Assembly: GCF_009914755.1 (NCBI RefSeq)
Contig: NC_060933.1
Length of the DNA: 64,000 nucleotides
Reading direction: 5' to 3' (one strand)
Source of the DNA: the human T2T-CHM13v2.0 reference genome, Homo sapiens
A program made the translations under genes and the position numbers. Positions within the stretch are counted from its first letter, which is position 1; each line of letters starts with the position of its first letter. Shown here one piece after another: positions 40,901 through 56,590 of the stretch. The notes beneath the pieces were generated by a model that was not told the origin of the DNA, searched no databases, and saw only the letters and a program-made list of their open reading frames with translations.

Positions 40901-41914
40901 AGCTGGGCCTCATTCATCTGGCCTCCCTGCTGTGCACTTCCTACTTCTAGGCCTGGAATTACTGCCCTTCTGCTCCATCTGAATGATGTCTAGGAAAGGT
41001 CTGGCACAAACGCCACCTCCTCCACAAAGCTTACCCTGATGCCACCTGCAGAGAATTATCATCTCCCTCTTGGTGGCTCCCAGCCCTCAGTACATCTCCT
41101 GTAGCTCAGGGGGCATCCACACCACTCTTCTCAGTCAGCCTGGGTGCTGTGGGTGCTGCGCCTGGGATTTATTTTTCTTTGCCCTCTCCAGTCTCTTGTC
41201 TGCCCCTAACTCACAGAAGTTTCATGTGGAGAAGGTGCTTGGATGAGATAAATGTGTTCCTTCAGGGTGGATCTCTTTCCACTGTCCTGTCCACTGTTCA
41301 GAGCTGGCCAGAGAGTAAACTCCAAAAAGCCGATGGACCTCTAAAGCATAGCTCTCCTGGGTTTGCAAACCCTCCCTGCTCCCCAGTGCCCCAAGACAAA
41401 GGACAAATTCATTCTGGCGCTCAAGTTCCTCTGAATTTGATGTAATGATGCAACTTCCCCTACAAAACCCCTGTGGGTTCCACACCCACCCTTAGGTTCC
41501 AATCACAAAGGACAGCCAGTCCCCAGATCTATCATCTGCCTTTTTGTCTTTAGGGCTTTGTTTGGCTAAGTCTACCCTCTAGAATCCCTTTACTTCACTA
41601 TTTCTCTGCAAAAACCCCAGCTATTCTTCAGAGCTCAGCTCCAACGTTATCTCCTGGGGTAGGTTTTGCTCTAGACCCCCAGGTAGAATTCCTTTCTCCT
41701 CCTCTGAGCTCCAAAGTCTGCACCACTGTCCTGGCACTGGCCTCTGCAACACTGAGGCATGTAGGTGTCTTCTCAGAATTGGACACTTTGCAGAGATGGG
41801 GCCATGTGCCTCAGTCTCCTCGGAGTCTCCCCATGGCTGACCTGCAGCTAGCTCCGATGAATGGCCCGTGGCTGAAACCCACCCAGGGAATGGAGGAGCT
41901 GCAGTGACTCGACT

Positions 41915-42065
41915 CACAGTTTAGGAGTCAGGAGGACCTGGGTTTGAATCCTGTCTCTGTCATTACTGAGTGACTTGGGGCATGTTTCTTAAACTTCTTT
42001 GAGCCTTAGCTGCCTCATCTGCAAACCAGGGCTGACAATACCTGTACCGTGAAGGTAACAGATGA
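41915..42065. mobile_element. MIR
   Basis: ggagtcaggaggacctgggtttgaatcctgtctctgtcattactgagtgacttgggc...gagccttagctgcctcatctgcaaa. Confidence 0.75.
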
Positions 42066-42419
42066 TGTACCAAGGTCCAGGCAGGCCCCCTGTAAGCGGG
42101 AGACCCTGACCCATGGTCACATGTACGCTCTGATACAATGCCTGTATCAGAAACCACCCCTTTTTCTGACTCCTGCTGAAATTCCTGAGTGAGAAGCTCC
42201 AAGAAGATAGGGCATTTCATTCTGTTTTGTTCAAGGCTAAATTCCCGATACCTAAAACAGTGTCTGATGTACAGTGGATGCTCAACATCAGTTGAAGGAA
42301 TGAACCTGCACCTGGCTCAGCAGGACTGTAAATCTTCCATTCATCAGTCAACAAAGGAAACTCAGGAGCTGGACTCACTCAAGTGATTTTGGGAACAGTT
42401 TTGAAAAATGGCTTCATCT

Positions 42420-42726
42420 TTCTTTTTTTTTTTTTTAAGAGACAGGGTCTCATTCTGTCGCTCAGGCTGGAGTGCAGTAGCACGATCATAGCTCAATGTA
42501 ACCTTGAATTCCTGGGCTCAAGCCATCCTCCTACCTCAGCCTCCCAAGCAGTAGGGACTACAGGTGCATGCTACCATGCTGGGCTAAGTTTTTTTTTTTT
42601 AAGTTTGTAGAGGTGGCCTCTCGCTATCTTACCCAGGCTGGTCTTGAACTCCTAGCCTCAAGTGATCCTCCTACCTCAGTCTCCCCCAAACGCTGGGATT
42701 ATAGGAAGGAGCCACCACGCCTGGCC
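42420..42726 (-). mobile_element. AluJ-like
   Basis: Antisense dimer. Confidence 0.92.
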
Positions 42727-44557
42727 TAGCTTACTCTTTATTTAGTGATTCCTGCTCATGGGCAGGCACCATGGGGGACTTAAAGTCCACGTTCTCCTCT
42801 AGTTGTTGTGGCAAACCTATGAGGTCAGTGCTATTACTGCCCTCGTTTTTAAAAGTGACGCCCGGTATGGTTAGGTAAGTTGCCCAGGGCAATAGGAACA
42901 GGTTGCTATGACAGGCAATGGGTCCCAGCGCTAGCCCTTGAGCCCTCTGCTTTGGGACTGCAGTCCTGGGCAGCCTCCCCAACCCAGGAGTGCCTTCCCC
43001 GGCGGAGGTGCAGTGAGAGAAGAGCTGACAGTCTGCCGCACATCCTCTTGTCCTCACCATTGACCAAGGGTGCGGGCAGTGGCCCCCGGGGATAGGGGGT
43101 CATTCAAAGAGAACTGGAACGGAGCAACAGGACCCAGAGGAGACTGGCATGGTTCTCCAAGCTCTGACTGTCTGGCTGCTTCTTTCTGGCCTGAAGTCTA
43201 TGACCCTCTCAGTTCTCCAGTATAAGATGGAGTTTCCTTTAAACAGAGGCAATAAAGGTTGGAATGATGAAAAACAAGGCACCGTGTGTAGACTGCTTGC
43301 AAGGAGCTCTCAACCGCCACAGGCTTCTTAGCCCCTCTGCACATGAGCTGGAATGAACATGGGCCACATTTGTAAACCATATGTGGCTGACAGGAGGGGC
43401 TTGAAGGCTGTTGCAGCCCTGGTGTTGGTTCACGAATGTACAGAGGCAGAGTCAAGGTGCCCAAGGCCTTGCACAGTCCCTGGCAGGGGTTCCTGCACAG
43501 CACCAACAGCTAGGCTGGGACTCTGGGGTGTTGGTGAGGGGGAAAGGTGGGTGAGAGTGGGGAGAGCTGAGGTGGAGAGCCCAGAAGGCACTGCTGCCCA
43601 GGTAGTTGTGCGACCCCAGGAAGGGGCAAGGAGGGGAGATTATGCATTGGTTTGGGAGGTAGGGTGGACTACATGACCCCCGGAGTCTATGAAAATGCCA
43701 TCAACTTTCACAACAATGCACTAACATCTGTAGATGACTGAAACCCTGTTCACATGACAATGGGCCTCTGCTGTTTCAGCTTTCCAAACAACGTACTGTA
43801 TCATCTCATCTGACCCTCACCAACACACAGCAAAACAAGTATTAGAATTCCCAAACAAGTATGAGAATTACCATTTTATAGATGACACAACCGAGGCCCA
43901 GAGAGGTGAGGCCCCTTCTTCCCTCTAGTTCAAGAGTGAGTTTTGCTCACCCACCTACCCCACCTGCCCAGTGAGTGTAGGTTCCTTTCAGGTACCTGTA
44001 GGACAAGTGGCTTAGCAAATGTTTGATTTGTATTTCCAGGATCACCAACAAGAGGCCTCTGTGTTCGCCTGGAAGACACACACAGGCCTCAGGGCATTGT
44101 GCTGCCACTCATGATGGGAGGTGCCTGAGAACAGAGGTCCTCATTGTGAGGGGAGGCGGCCAGCGACTCACCACAAAGCAGGCAAGCGGGAAGGCTGTGA
44201 AGCAGGTGCCAGGACGCTGCCTGGGTTCCAGGAACGCCGTACACACATGTCCAAACCTGGGATGGGGACGGCGGGCCTGGCAGAAGGGGCATGCCTTTCT
44301 TCTCTTATTTGTGACATCCCCAGAGGAAAAATGAATGCTATTACTGGGAGCAAAGACCCCACCCTAAGATCTGATGCTTGACTACAGGAAATCTAAAGAT
44401 AAAGCCCGATGAAGATGATGAAATAACCCGAACGCAGAGGCCTCTACGGCTGCCAAAGCAAGCCATATTTATTGTCATAACTCATTATGCAGATGGGAAA
44501 TGGAGGGCTGGAAAAAGGACTGACTCACCCAGAGTCAACAGTTAGACGTGAACTTGG

Positions 44558-44809
44558 ACTTGAGTCCAGGTCTCCTGAGTCCTGGAGGCCCCTAACAAGT
44601 TCAGCATAAACCCTGTGTGAGTGCAATACAGTCTCAAAAACAACCACAGTAACCACAGTGATACATCTATGAGCACTCACTGTGCCCCCAACTCTCAGTG
44701 CATAGTACCGCCCCCACTGTACAGATGAAGAAACAGAGACAACTTGGCCCAGGTCATCCCGCCAGCAAGTGACAGCACAGGACTTTAAATCCAGATACCC
44801 CTGGCCCCA
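44558..44809 (+). repeat. Left arm (source) of a 252/251-nt inverted repeat; includes a MIR core
   Basis: Reverse complement matches 45668-45918 with 3 substitutions and 1 indel by manual alignment. Confidence 0.95.
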
Positions 44810-45490
44810 GCACCTGAGCTCCTTCCTGAGTTCCGGGCCAGGCCCATCTGTAAAACATACCTGGGACCTACACACGTCTGATACAGTATGTCTCCCGACA
44901 CTTTCACCTGCAGACACCCACAGACACTTATTTAGAATCCTAGAGCCTGGGAAAGTGACTTTTTCCCCATCCACAAGCCCAAAGACCTGCAAGGAGCAGG
45001 CTGGGCATTTGTGGAAATGAGTCTCCCTGTCCATAAGACCCAAAGCCCCAGCCCCACTGTGTATGTTTCTCTGCTGCCCATTGTGGATGGCTGTGAGGGA
45101 GGCCAGGAGAGATGGGGAGTGGAGGTCGGGGGGACAAGCCAGGTACTGGCCACAAATATGGCTTGCCAGGGCTGCCTGCACCCAACCAACACACCAGTCT
45201 CCAGGCCCACAATGTGGCATCTGGATTCATAGTCAATCCTCAGACAGGCAGGGACATGCTGTCCACTTCTCCCTGGAAGTTGAGACCAGAGGTGGCAGCC
45301 ACAGCAGTCAATGGCTACTCAGAAATGCCCTCCTACTGCCTCACCTAGTGAGGAGACAGGTATACAGCATGCAAGAAAGACATGAAAACACACCGACTGT
45401 GTGTGGGCAGGCCATGAGATTTACTGGTATTCTACTGCTCCTAAGAGAACACAGGGTTGGTTTTCCTGAGACCCGATTTACTCAAATATC

Positions 45491-46129
<639 letters not shown>

Positions 46130-47539
46130 TGACCTCAGGGAACTTAAAAATCTCCACATGAAGATCTCTGAGCTGCCAAACAGAAGAGCAAAAGTATTCT
46201 ATCAAATCTTTGTTTTTTTTCCACTGAGGAGACAAAGGCACTTGGAGGAATATTTCTATCAATGTAATTAGCAGATGAAACAAAGCTATTAAACATTGGT
46301 GTTTTTTTCCTCTCCTTTTTTTAAGATTACTAAATGAATTTATTCATACGTCAAATAGAAAAACCAACTGGAAAAACCTGTCCCTCAGTAATACATTAGC
46401 CAAAGGAAACAAGTGATCCCCGTTCTCTCACTGAAACCCCCCTTTCCTGGGCAGACCTGCTGTTCACAGGTGTTAAACATTAATTACAACTGTTACTCAT
46501 TACATAGCAAAAAGCATTTGGTACCAACACAATTGTTAATTTCCTCACAGGCTCAAGGCATTCTGGGAAGCTATACAGGGGACAGGAAGCATCATGGGAG
46601 CCTAAGGGGAGCCAGTTTGGAAGAGACAGCATTCTCCTGGCTAGGACAGGTGGTGGTGGTGGCCGGGTTTAAGGTTCTCCAAGGGACCCTCTGCAGATGC
46701 CGGGGCCCTGTTTATTCTGAGCACGTGAAGATGAGTCACATAGCTTGGTGGGAATAGCAAGTGTGGAGCAGTGCCCTACACACACAATGGTGGTGTTAAA
46801 CCAGCTTCAGAGCGACTGTGTTTGAGGGGGACGGTGACAAGTCACGAGGGCAACATGGTATGGGTGCAACTGCTTCTGCCTTGTACCAGTGTGCAAGGGA
46901 ATTCCAGCCTGACCCCAGCCACACACAGGATATCAAGGCAGCAGTGGAGAGAACAAGTGCTGTGCAGTCAGACTGGCCCAAGTTCACAGCTGTGTGACTG
47001 TGGGCAAGCTGCTCACCCTCTCTGAGCTTCACTACTGTCATCTGAGTGACGACAATGAAGTGAACCCTACCTTGCAAGGCTCTGTAGGGTTAACCTATGC
47101 CAGGTTTATAATTATTGCTCAATAAATGTTAATTTCCTGTCCCTGGTTCCTCCCCATCCTTCCTTACCTTAATGGGATTATTTTAAATTAGCTAGTTGAG
47201 CTGGCTCTGAGATGATTCATAGTTGTTTAGGAAATAGACATACCTGGGGCCTTACTTTCCCTTTTAGCCTCATTTGATGAGGCTTTGAAGGTGTCAAAAC
47301 TCAAGAGGGAGGCTGGCTAAGGGGTGATACCATAGCATAAGCACCCCACACGCTGACAGTGTCTAGTGCGTATCTAGCTATTTCCGAATAAACCAATGTA
47401 CTCCAGTACAGGGTGTAGTAGAAGCACAGAGGGGAAGGAACCGGTTGTGTCAGGGAAAGCTTCCTGGAGGAGGTGACTTCCCCTCCCTAACTCTACCCCA
47501 ACCCCACACCTAATACAAAGCATGTACTCTGTACCCTCT

Positions 47540-47722
47540 ATGTTCTCAAAGTGGGGTCGCCAGATGGCAGCATCAGCATCACCTGGGAACCTGTTGGAAA
47601 TGCAAACTCCCATGCCTCACCCCGGATCTACCGAATCAGGAACCCTGGGGGTGGAACCCCAGCAATCTGTATAACACTTCCTCCAGGTGATTCTGATGCC
47701 TTCAAGTTTAAGACTTACTGCT
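47540..47722. mobile_element. MER5A
   Basis: ttctcaaagtggggtc...gcagcatcagcatcacctgggaacctgttggaaatgcaaa...ccaggtgattctgatgc...aagtttaaga. Confidence 0.85.
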
Positions 47723-49164
47723 CCAGGCAAAAAAGAAATCCACAGACATGTCAGACCTAGAATAGGGAAGGCGCGGATCGGAGGAAGGCCCTGGGGACCC
47801 TCTCCCACCCAGGGGACCAGTGGCCCAATCCTCGGGAGGGACTGAGTAAAGAATGGAAGAACCAGGGGACTCGTTAGAACTGTTGCTGGAATTGGGATAT
47901 GGGGTTTCCTGAAGAAGTGGTGCTTTCCACACCATCCGTGCTTCCCATTGCCAGGCATAACTGGGAATGAGCTTTGGAAACAGGTCCTCTGTGGCCACTA
48001 AGTACTTCTTTATGCAACATGGTTTTTATGTTAAATTGAATTTTATGTAATACAGCAAGCCCCCTCTGAACACCAAAACCAATTCTGAAAACCAAAACAC
48101 CAAATGATCCTTTAGGGCTTACCATGTCTTTTCATTCAGATCTTTTGTTTTTATTTAATCAACACAGAGATCCAGTGTGAGAAGTTGTGACCATCCCCAT
48201 TTTACAGATAAGTAAACTAAGGCTCAGGGAGACTGAACAGTCTGTCTCAGGTCCCGAAGTGGTGAAGGGTGGAGCCGGCATGTGAACTTGGGACTGTCTG
48301 ACTCATCCCATTGCCCCATGGGTCCCAACATGCAAGACACTGTCCTAAACTTCTAGGGCAGAGAAATCTGCCAAGGAGCTAGTGGGGAAGACAGATAAGT
48401 ACCCAAAATAAGTATGCTGAGCAGTATTTGAGTCATGTGTCTTTTATCTTTGCTATGAGGCAGACCTGGCTGAGCCAAGGACACTGCCTGAAGAGTAACT
48501 TTCACGGAGACAAAGCTTCAGATGGTGAATCGAAATGAGATGACTTAGTTTCTCAAGAAGGTCTGGGGGGTGCCCTTCACACACCCTCCTGTCATCTGGC
48601 TCCTCTATCAAGCTCAAGAGCTGCAGTTACTTACTTCTCAGATACAAGTGCAAATTATTAAAGACATAGCCGTTTACTCACTGGGTTAAAAGGAAATGCT
48701 GGTCATTCCTCTATGTATGGCCTGACTGGCTCTGCCATGAGGTCTCCAGCTGTTCCCTTCTCCACTCTGAGCCTTAGTTTCCCCAGAAGGACAGGGAGTG
48801 GGACTCTATGGTATGTGGGACTCTATGGTATACGGGCCCCTCTCTGTGCTGAGTGGTGGTAGGAGAAGACCAACCCATGGGATGGCGCTGGTCCCCCTCC
48901 AATGAAAGCACGAACCTCCAGAACCCAGTCCCCCACAGAAACCCTGACTGGAACCATTTCAGGTGGGAAGCCACCACCCAGTTACATATCCTGGTGTAGA
49001 TGTCGCAGAAATTAGTGCAAGTGAGATGAAGAAATTAGTGCAAGTGAGATGAAGGGCATGCGATACCTCTTGAGGGCTGTGGGGGGATGAGAGCTCCAAT
49101 CATATTTCCTGCAGCATCTTGGATAGCACCAGAGAGGCCAGACATTTGACTGGGTTAGGGCAGG

Positions 49165-49365
49165 GGCTCTGGAGTTGGAGCTGACAGGTTCAAAGTCCGG
49201 CTCTGCTGCTGACCAGCCATGGGCTGGGCCCCCAGCCAAGTTATTTCTTCTCATGGGACCTTAGCTTCCTTATCTGTAAAAGGAGGAAACTAACCTCCCA
49301 GAGGGTGATTATGAGGATTGAATGAGAGAATGCACACAGAAAGTGCTCAGTAAATGCTAGCAACA
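49165..49365. mobile_element. MIR
   Basis: ggctctggagt...ggttcaaagtccggctctgc...ttagcttccttatctgtaaaagg...gaggattgaatgag. Confidence 0.7.
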
Positions 49366-51849
49366 ATGCCAGTACTTTCCTGATGTGATACCCATCAAAT
49401 CTCACCAAGACCCTTCTGAAGTGGGAACTACTGGTCTTACTTCCCAGGTGGAGAAACTGAGACTCCCAGGACATGTTCATGCCCAGTCCTCACACTGGTC
49501 CTTCAGAGGTGTGAAGACACCGATTTGGTGTCTTTGCCACCTCCACCGAGGTCTGCTTCTACAGGCTATCCACCCCGGCTCCTTGGTCCCTGCCTGTGGG
49601 CCCCTCCCTACGTGGCCACTTTCTGCTCAGGTTCCATTTGTCCATCTTGCAATCTGTGCCACACAGCCTGGCAACCAGGTAGACCTGCCACACCAACCTG
49701 CACCACCCCCAGACACCATGACATCATCCAAGGCTCCTTGTCCCCTTCCCAACATTGGGCAGGGGGTGCCACATAGGCCTCGTGTGGGCCCAAGCTGCAT
49801 CTGGCGGGGGTGGGTTGGGGACAGAGCAAGAAGGCCATTTCTAGACCCAACTGCTGGCCTTGCTGGTTGCTGTAAAGACTCCTGGGGTGATTCAAAGTGG
49901 GCCAGGAACAGAGTCTAGCCTGCTCTGGAAGGCTGGTGTCTCTGCCGGGTGGGAAGGGGGCTGACAGCTTGATGGAAGCCACATCACTTCCCTGTGGAGG
50001 CAGAGCTGCAGTCCACTCCCTGCAGCCAGCAGCCCGTGGTGGAACCTGACTGGGCATTGTCCTGGGGATTGGGATCCGACAAGTGGGAGTGGGGGTCTGG
50101 TGAGGCCACAGTCAGCTTCCTGGAGAAGAGCAGGCAACGAACACCCAGGGTTTGCTGTTTGGACGGCTCCAAGTATTTCTCACCAACAACTCTCTGAATC
50201 CTTAATTAAATTCCATGTCAGCCATTCTCAGAGAAGGGGAAACTTTCATTCCTAAGAAGTTGGGGCCACCTCACACACTCTAAGAGCTGTTTTTGTGACA
50301 ACTGGGAAGTGATAACTGAGCCTTCCGCGGTGGCAGCCCCAGCCTGATGAGATGGGAAGGAAGGCGCTGACTTCCAGAAACACTGCCCAAGAAGGGCGCC
50401 CCAGTGGAGAATGCTGAGGCAGTGCCTGAGAGGTGCTTTTCTTGAACGCAATTCGGGACAGTGCTTTGAAAGCTGGAAGGCACTTTTGCTTCATAGATGG
50501 ATGGAGCTAATTCAGCCATCTTCCCCTCTCCCTGTCTCTGACCAGCACGCTGAGGCTCTGATGGAATGAAGCCTGGATGCATACCCAGAGCTGGTTGCAG
50601 ACTGACCTCCCAGGACACGCCCTTTGTCAGAGCCCTGCCTCGCTCAAGCTTCTGCTTGCAAACCCCCAGTGATGGGAAGCTCATTACACACATTCAGTTC
50701 TAACCAAAATTCTTACCCTTCACCTGGGCCCTACATCCCTGTGACTCCCCCTTTGGCAGGCCCAGGTCTGTCCCTTAGGAGTCCCCCACACTCTCCACCC
50801 TTTGGAAATTTGAAAGCACTGACCCCATTCCCCGCCCAAGTTTCCCCATCCAGGCCAAATCTGCACAATCAGCAAATATAAGGGGTGAAAGGAGAGGGTA
50901 ATGATTTTGGCCAGCCAACTCCACCCCATACAGCTCTTCCTCCAGCTATGGATCCTGCACCTCAGGCTCCAAAGACTCAGTGCAGAGAGCTCCCAAAAGC
51001 CAAGAAAAAACTGCACAGGGCATTTCTGACAGGTACTATGCTAAGGATGGGGCCCAGCCAAGCTGCCTTACTCACTGACCACACCAACGACTCGCTCAAG
51101 TGTGAGTGCATACACTTGCATACACACCCACACACATGCAGATGGATGTACACTCTCATGCACACACAACACTGACTCAGGTGGGGGTCCTCGCCATCCT
51201 TCCCGGGAAGCTGCACTTCTGGTTTTACACATGGGGCTGTGGCAACACATCAGCAATCTAACCAAGCTGCTTCAACTTATCCTCACCACTTGAGAGGTGG
51301 CCCACCCACCTCTCCACTTTCCCTCCAGCGACAGTAACAGTGAGGATGCTTCTCACCTGCCAATGCTGCGCCTAATGGACTCTGTCCACAGACATGGGAA
51401 GAGAAGGCTGGTGCCCATAGGACCCCTCCAGCTCCTGAGTGAGATGGCCTCCTCCTTCTATGCCCCAGGAAGCAGAACTGAGCCAAAAGCAGCTTGGGAA
51501 AAGCACAGCCAGCACCCGCCCTGGAGTAGGACCTACAGAGGCCAGTGACCGGATGAGACACAGACGTGGATGTGATTCTCTGTCTATCTTCTATCAACAG
51601 CCCAATAACTCAGACTGACCGTGACACCTGTGATGGCAACTCTGCCACACAAAACCCAGGCCAAAACGGATGCTTGTGGGCTCAGAAACTCATTCTGAGA
51701 CAGTTCCATCTGAGACCTTATGATCCTTTGTGAACAACTAAATGTACAGGAGTTCTAAAACCACCTTTGGGCAGAAGTGGGCAAGTTCTGGCCTGAGAGT
51801 TTTCTTCAAAGATGATGTCCAATAGGGGAATTGCTTTTCACTTTCACAG

Positions 51850-51978
51850 ATCACCTGGGATCTTGTTAAAACAGATTCTGACTCATAGGCCTGGGATGGG
51901 ACCTGAGACCCTGCATTTCTAACCAGCACTGGGTGAGGCCAATGCTGCTGGTTCAGGGACTGCACTTTGAGTAACAAG
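51850..51978. mobile_element. MER5-family element
   Basis: atcacctgggatcttgttaaaacagattctgactc...ctgcatttctaac...atgctgctggttcagggactgcactttgagtaaca. Confidence 0.75.
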
Positions 51979-53124
51979 ATGCCAGACTAGACTAGACCAT
52001 CAAAGGCAAGGGCAGCCCCTGAGAGGCCCACAGGGGGTCAGTCCAGGGGAGGGTGAGTCCCCACACCTGCCTGTGGTGCTGCGTTATAATGTGGGTCCTC
52101 GGTGTCTGGGAAAGTTGTCACATGAGCCTTTTTAGCCCTTTAATCAAACTGGTGTTTGCAAAGAGTAAGCTCTTGGATGGCCCCAGTTCCTCCCATGCCC
52201 AGAGAAACACAGCCCCTGATCAGCCATGCCCAGGGGACAGACCTTGGGTTCCTTTGGTTCAAGGGAACAGAGGAGGCTGTAAAATGCACAGGAGAGACCT
52301 GGGGCAACTAAGGACCTGCAGCCACAGGATGACTCTTATCTTTGGCTCTCGGCCAGGGGCTGGGGCTCCAGAAAGGTGATGGGACAGGTTGTCCTTGAGG
52401 ACCTCACAGCCTGGCAGGCAAGACCAACACCTACAGAACTAACCCTGATGTGGTGTGAGAAATCTTCCCCCAGTGATGTATGCAGGAAACTCGACAGACC
52501 TATAGGGGCAGCAGGAAGCCTGTGGAGTGCATGGCTGTGTACCAGGGAGGGCTTGGAGAGATGATAATGTTTAAGCTGGGCCTCAAAGGAGGCATAGAAT
52601 TGTTCCAGATAAGACAGGCAGGGAAGGGCATTTTAGCTAGAAAAATGGGATTTGCTCAGCGCATGCTATATTCACAGAACTGTGAGTAATCTGTGTTGGA
52701 ATGGCTAGAACAGCAATTAAGGGGCCTGGGATGAGGGCAGGGTAGAGGCCTCACTGTTCGGGGTTAGAAAGGTAGAAAGGGTCTAGTTATATACAAAAAA
52801 AGGGGAGATTTAAGGCAAAATAAATTTTAAACAAACTAAAGATAAAAAGTTTCCCTTTATGATTGTCAGTGTGGTAGGAATTAAATGTCACTCACTGTCT
52901 CTCTTTTTACATGCCTAAACTCTGAGATACCTAAACATTGTTTGGCATCTGGCTTTTCATCTCTTAACATTAGACATAAGCATTTCTCTAGGTTATTATG
53001 AACTCTTGCTGAACATCACCTTTTAGAGGCTACACAACATTCCAATATTCCACCACACAGACGCACAGAAATCCAGTCCCCATTGCTGGACATTCGGGTT
53101 GCTCTCCATTTTCCATGATTATAA

Positions 53125-53437
<313 letters not shown>

Positions 53438-53859
53438 TTCTGAATTTTTTATCATAACTTTGGCACAGATTCTAAGGAGTGGGATTAGAATAAAAAGGTG
53501 TTAGCTTAGATTTATGACTTATGATGCACATGCCCAAGATCACTTTTCAAAAGGGCTGTGGGAGAGGAGTTCTAGAATTGTGACAGATACCCAGATTCTA
53601 GAAAAACCAGCCTTTGAGTAGGAAGGAGATACCCAAGTCACTCAAGGGGCTCTTGGCCAGGGGAGGGTCATCTGGGAGGGGCTGAGCTCTGTCCATCACC
53701 TGTGCTCTGTGAGCGTGTGCACGCTGAAACTGGGATAGAAGACACAGTGGTCCTGTGAGCCCTGCAGGGCTAGCTCAGCTCGCAGCACTGGGTGGGATCA
53801 ATGGGCCCGCTGAGGGCCAACAGGAGCTGCTGTGCACACTGGGTTCCTCTTACCTTCTA

Positions 53860-54196
<337 letters not shown>

Positions 54197-54536
54197 CCAA
54201 AAACTGAACTCTTGGCTTCAGTGAGCTAGGGTATTATCAATAAATAGGACCAAGACAGAACCAGACAATGAGAGCATCTGAGCCCTCTCTTTAAAGTGTG
54301 GAGGCTGGAACACTGAGACCCTGGAAGCCAGACCCAGAATTTCTCCTCGGCCTGGTTTCCCTACCCTCACCTCTCCCTTTCCTCTGCAGCCTACATCTTT
54401 GAGGGTACTGAGAAAAAAGACCACCCAACTGGATTATTAAACAACCCTGGAGTTTGTCCTGAGCGCAGGTGGGGACCAAGGTGAGTGCTGAGCGCAGCTC
54501 AGCAGCTGCCTCCTGAGCAGGGTCAGGGCTCCTTAC

Positions 54537-54752
54537 CTGCCAGGGCTGGGATGGTGACCCGGTTCCACTCCCAAGGCTGGTCGTACTCATCGGCGGGCCT
54601 GTCGTCATCCTGGGGCAGCTTGCTCTCCCGCAGTCGGGGGCTGACTGTGCTCTCCGAGTCCGAGTCAACACTTTGGCCTTCAGGTTCGTAAGGGGTGTCA
54701 TATAACTGGATACCTTTATGCTGGGACCGGACACTTTCCTGCCTCTGAAATT
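54537..54752 (-). CDS. SHB: SHB internal coding exon (probably exon 3), 216 nt, phase 1-1
   Basis: Minus strand: polypyrimidine tract ...ttccttcctttttgcctgcag|AATTTCAG..., ends ...CTGGCAG|gtaagg. Encodes (E)FQRQESVRSQHKGIQLYDTPYEPEGQSVDSDSESTVSPRLRESKLPQDDDRPADEYDQPWEWNRVTIPALA; YDTP and DEYDQPW motifs are typical of the SHB/SHD/SHE/SHF family. Confidence 0.96.
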
Positions 54753-55901
54753 CTGCAGGCAAAAAGGAAGGAAGCAGAGATGAAATGGATACTGCACTTC
54801 CTCACCTGCATTCCCACCCAGAAACACCACAAACTCAGAGCTGCCAGCGGGGAGGTGAGAACGACAGAGAGACAGACCCCTGTCTGGGTTTTACCCACCC
54901 CACCAACCCCCAGTGCCGCATCTCTGCTCTTCCTGGGCCAGGCTTGCTCACAAGGCTCACATGCTCGCAGGCCTAATGACAGCCCTGCCTCCATCCACTC
55001 ATGAATCTCAGGCTTAAGAGGTAGAGCCCAGATGTGAACATGATGCTCCAGGTGTGTCCTGATGCCCACCCAGAACACGCAGAGCTTCTGACCCCTTGCT
55101 TCATAAACAGGCTGGGGTCTTTCCCTCTAGGGCAGTTCCTTGCCCTCTTTGGACTTTCAGTCCTCATCTGTACAAGGAAAAGACTGGGCCATGCAGTTCC
55201 CAGTTCCCACCAGCTCACACATTCATTTAAAAGAACCAACAAGAGCCTCCCCAAGGAGACCAGAGGCCACTTTTCTCCCCCGCAAAGCCTGAGTGACCCC
55301 TTCCCTTTATTTCTACCTCCCCCAGACCATCTTTTAAATAGACTGAATTTATTTAGGGATTTGAGAGGGTGTCCAGCTTCACTTCTGAATAAAGAAAGCA
55401 AGCTCTTGATCTTCTAGAGAAGATGCTAAGGCCTGGCACTGGTGTGGGCTGAGGGATGACTGCCTGTCTAGATGAGGTCCCAGACAGGAGGTGTTCATTT
55501 TGGCTGCTGCTCAGTCCTGGGAGGCCAGTAGTGGCTGGAAGGATGGATGCTAGGATGCTAAAATCAGGCACTTCCCAGTCAAACAGGGAAATTTTACCTG
55601 CTGTTTGATCATGGATACTATGTGCATGGCCCAAGCGGGGAATGTGGGGAAGGTTTACCATGGAGGTTGGTTTCAGGAACCTCACTGTTCCCAGCAGACA
55701 CAACATGTGCCTAAATTACCATCATGCTTGGCGGCAAAGGGGGCTCAGTGTAGGGCCTGGGAGTGGCAGGGCAGGAGGGAAGGGAGATGGCATTTGAACT
55801 GTCAGCTCTGACAAGTGGAAGCAGGAGAGGGGTGGCTTTCTGGTGGTAGGACCAGGGCAAGCCAATGCGATGAGGCTGGAAAGAACGTGCTTGCTGCCTA
55901 C

Positions 55902-56590
<689 letters not shown>

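Noticed and set aside
42129-42151. 9-bp inverted repeat TCTGATACA-N5-TGTATCAGA
   Set aside because: About two such stems are expected by chance in 64 kb; no supporting context.
54486-54504. 8-bp hairpin TGCTGAGC-GCA-GCTCAGCA near the exon 3 donor
   Set aside because: Chance-level length; spacing does not fit a canonical MARE.
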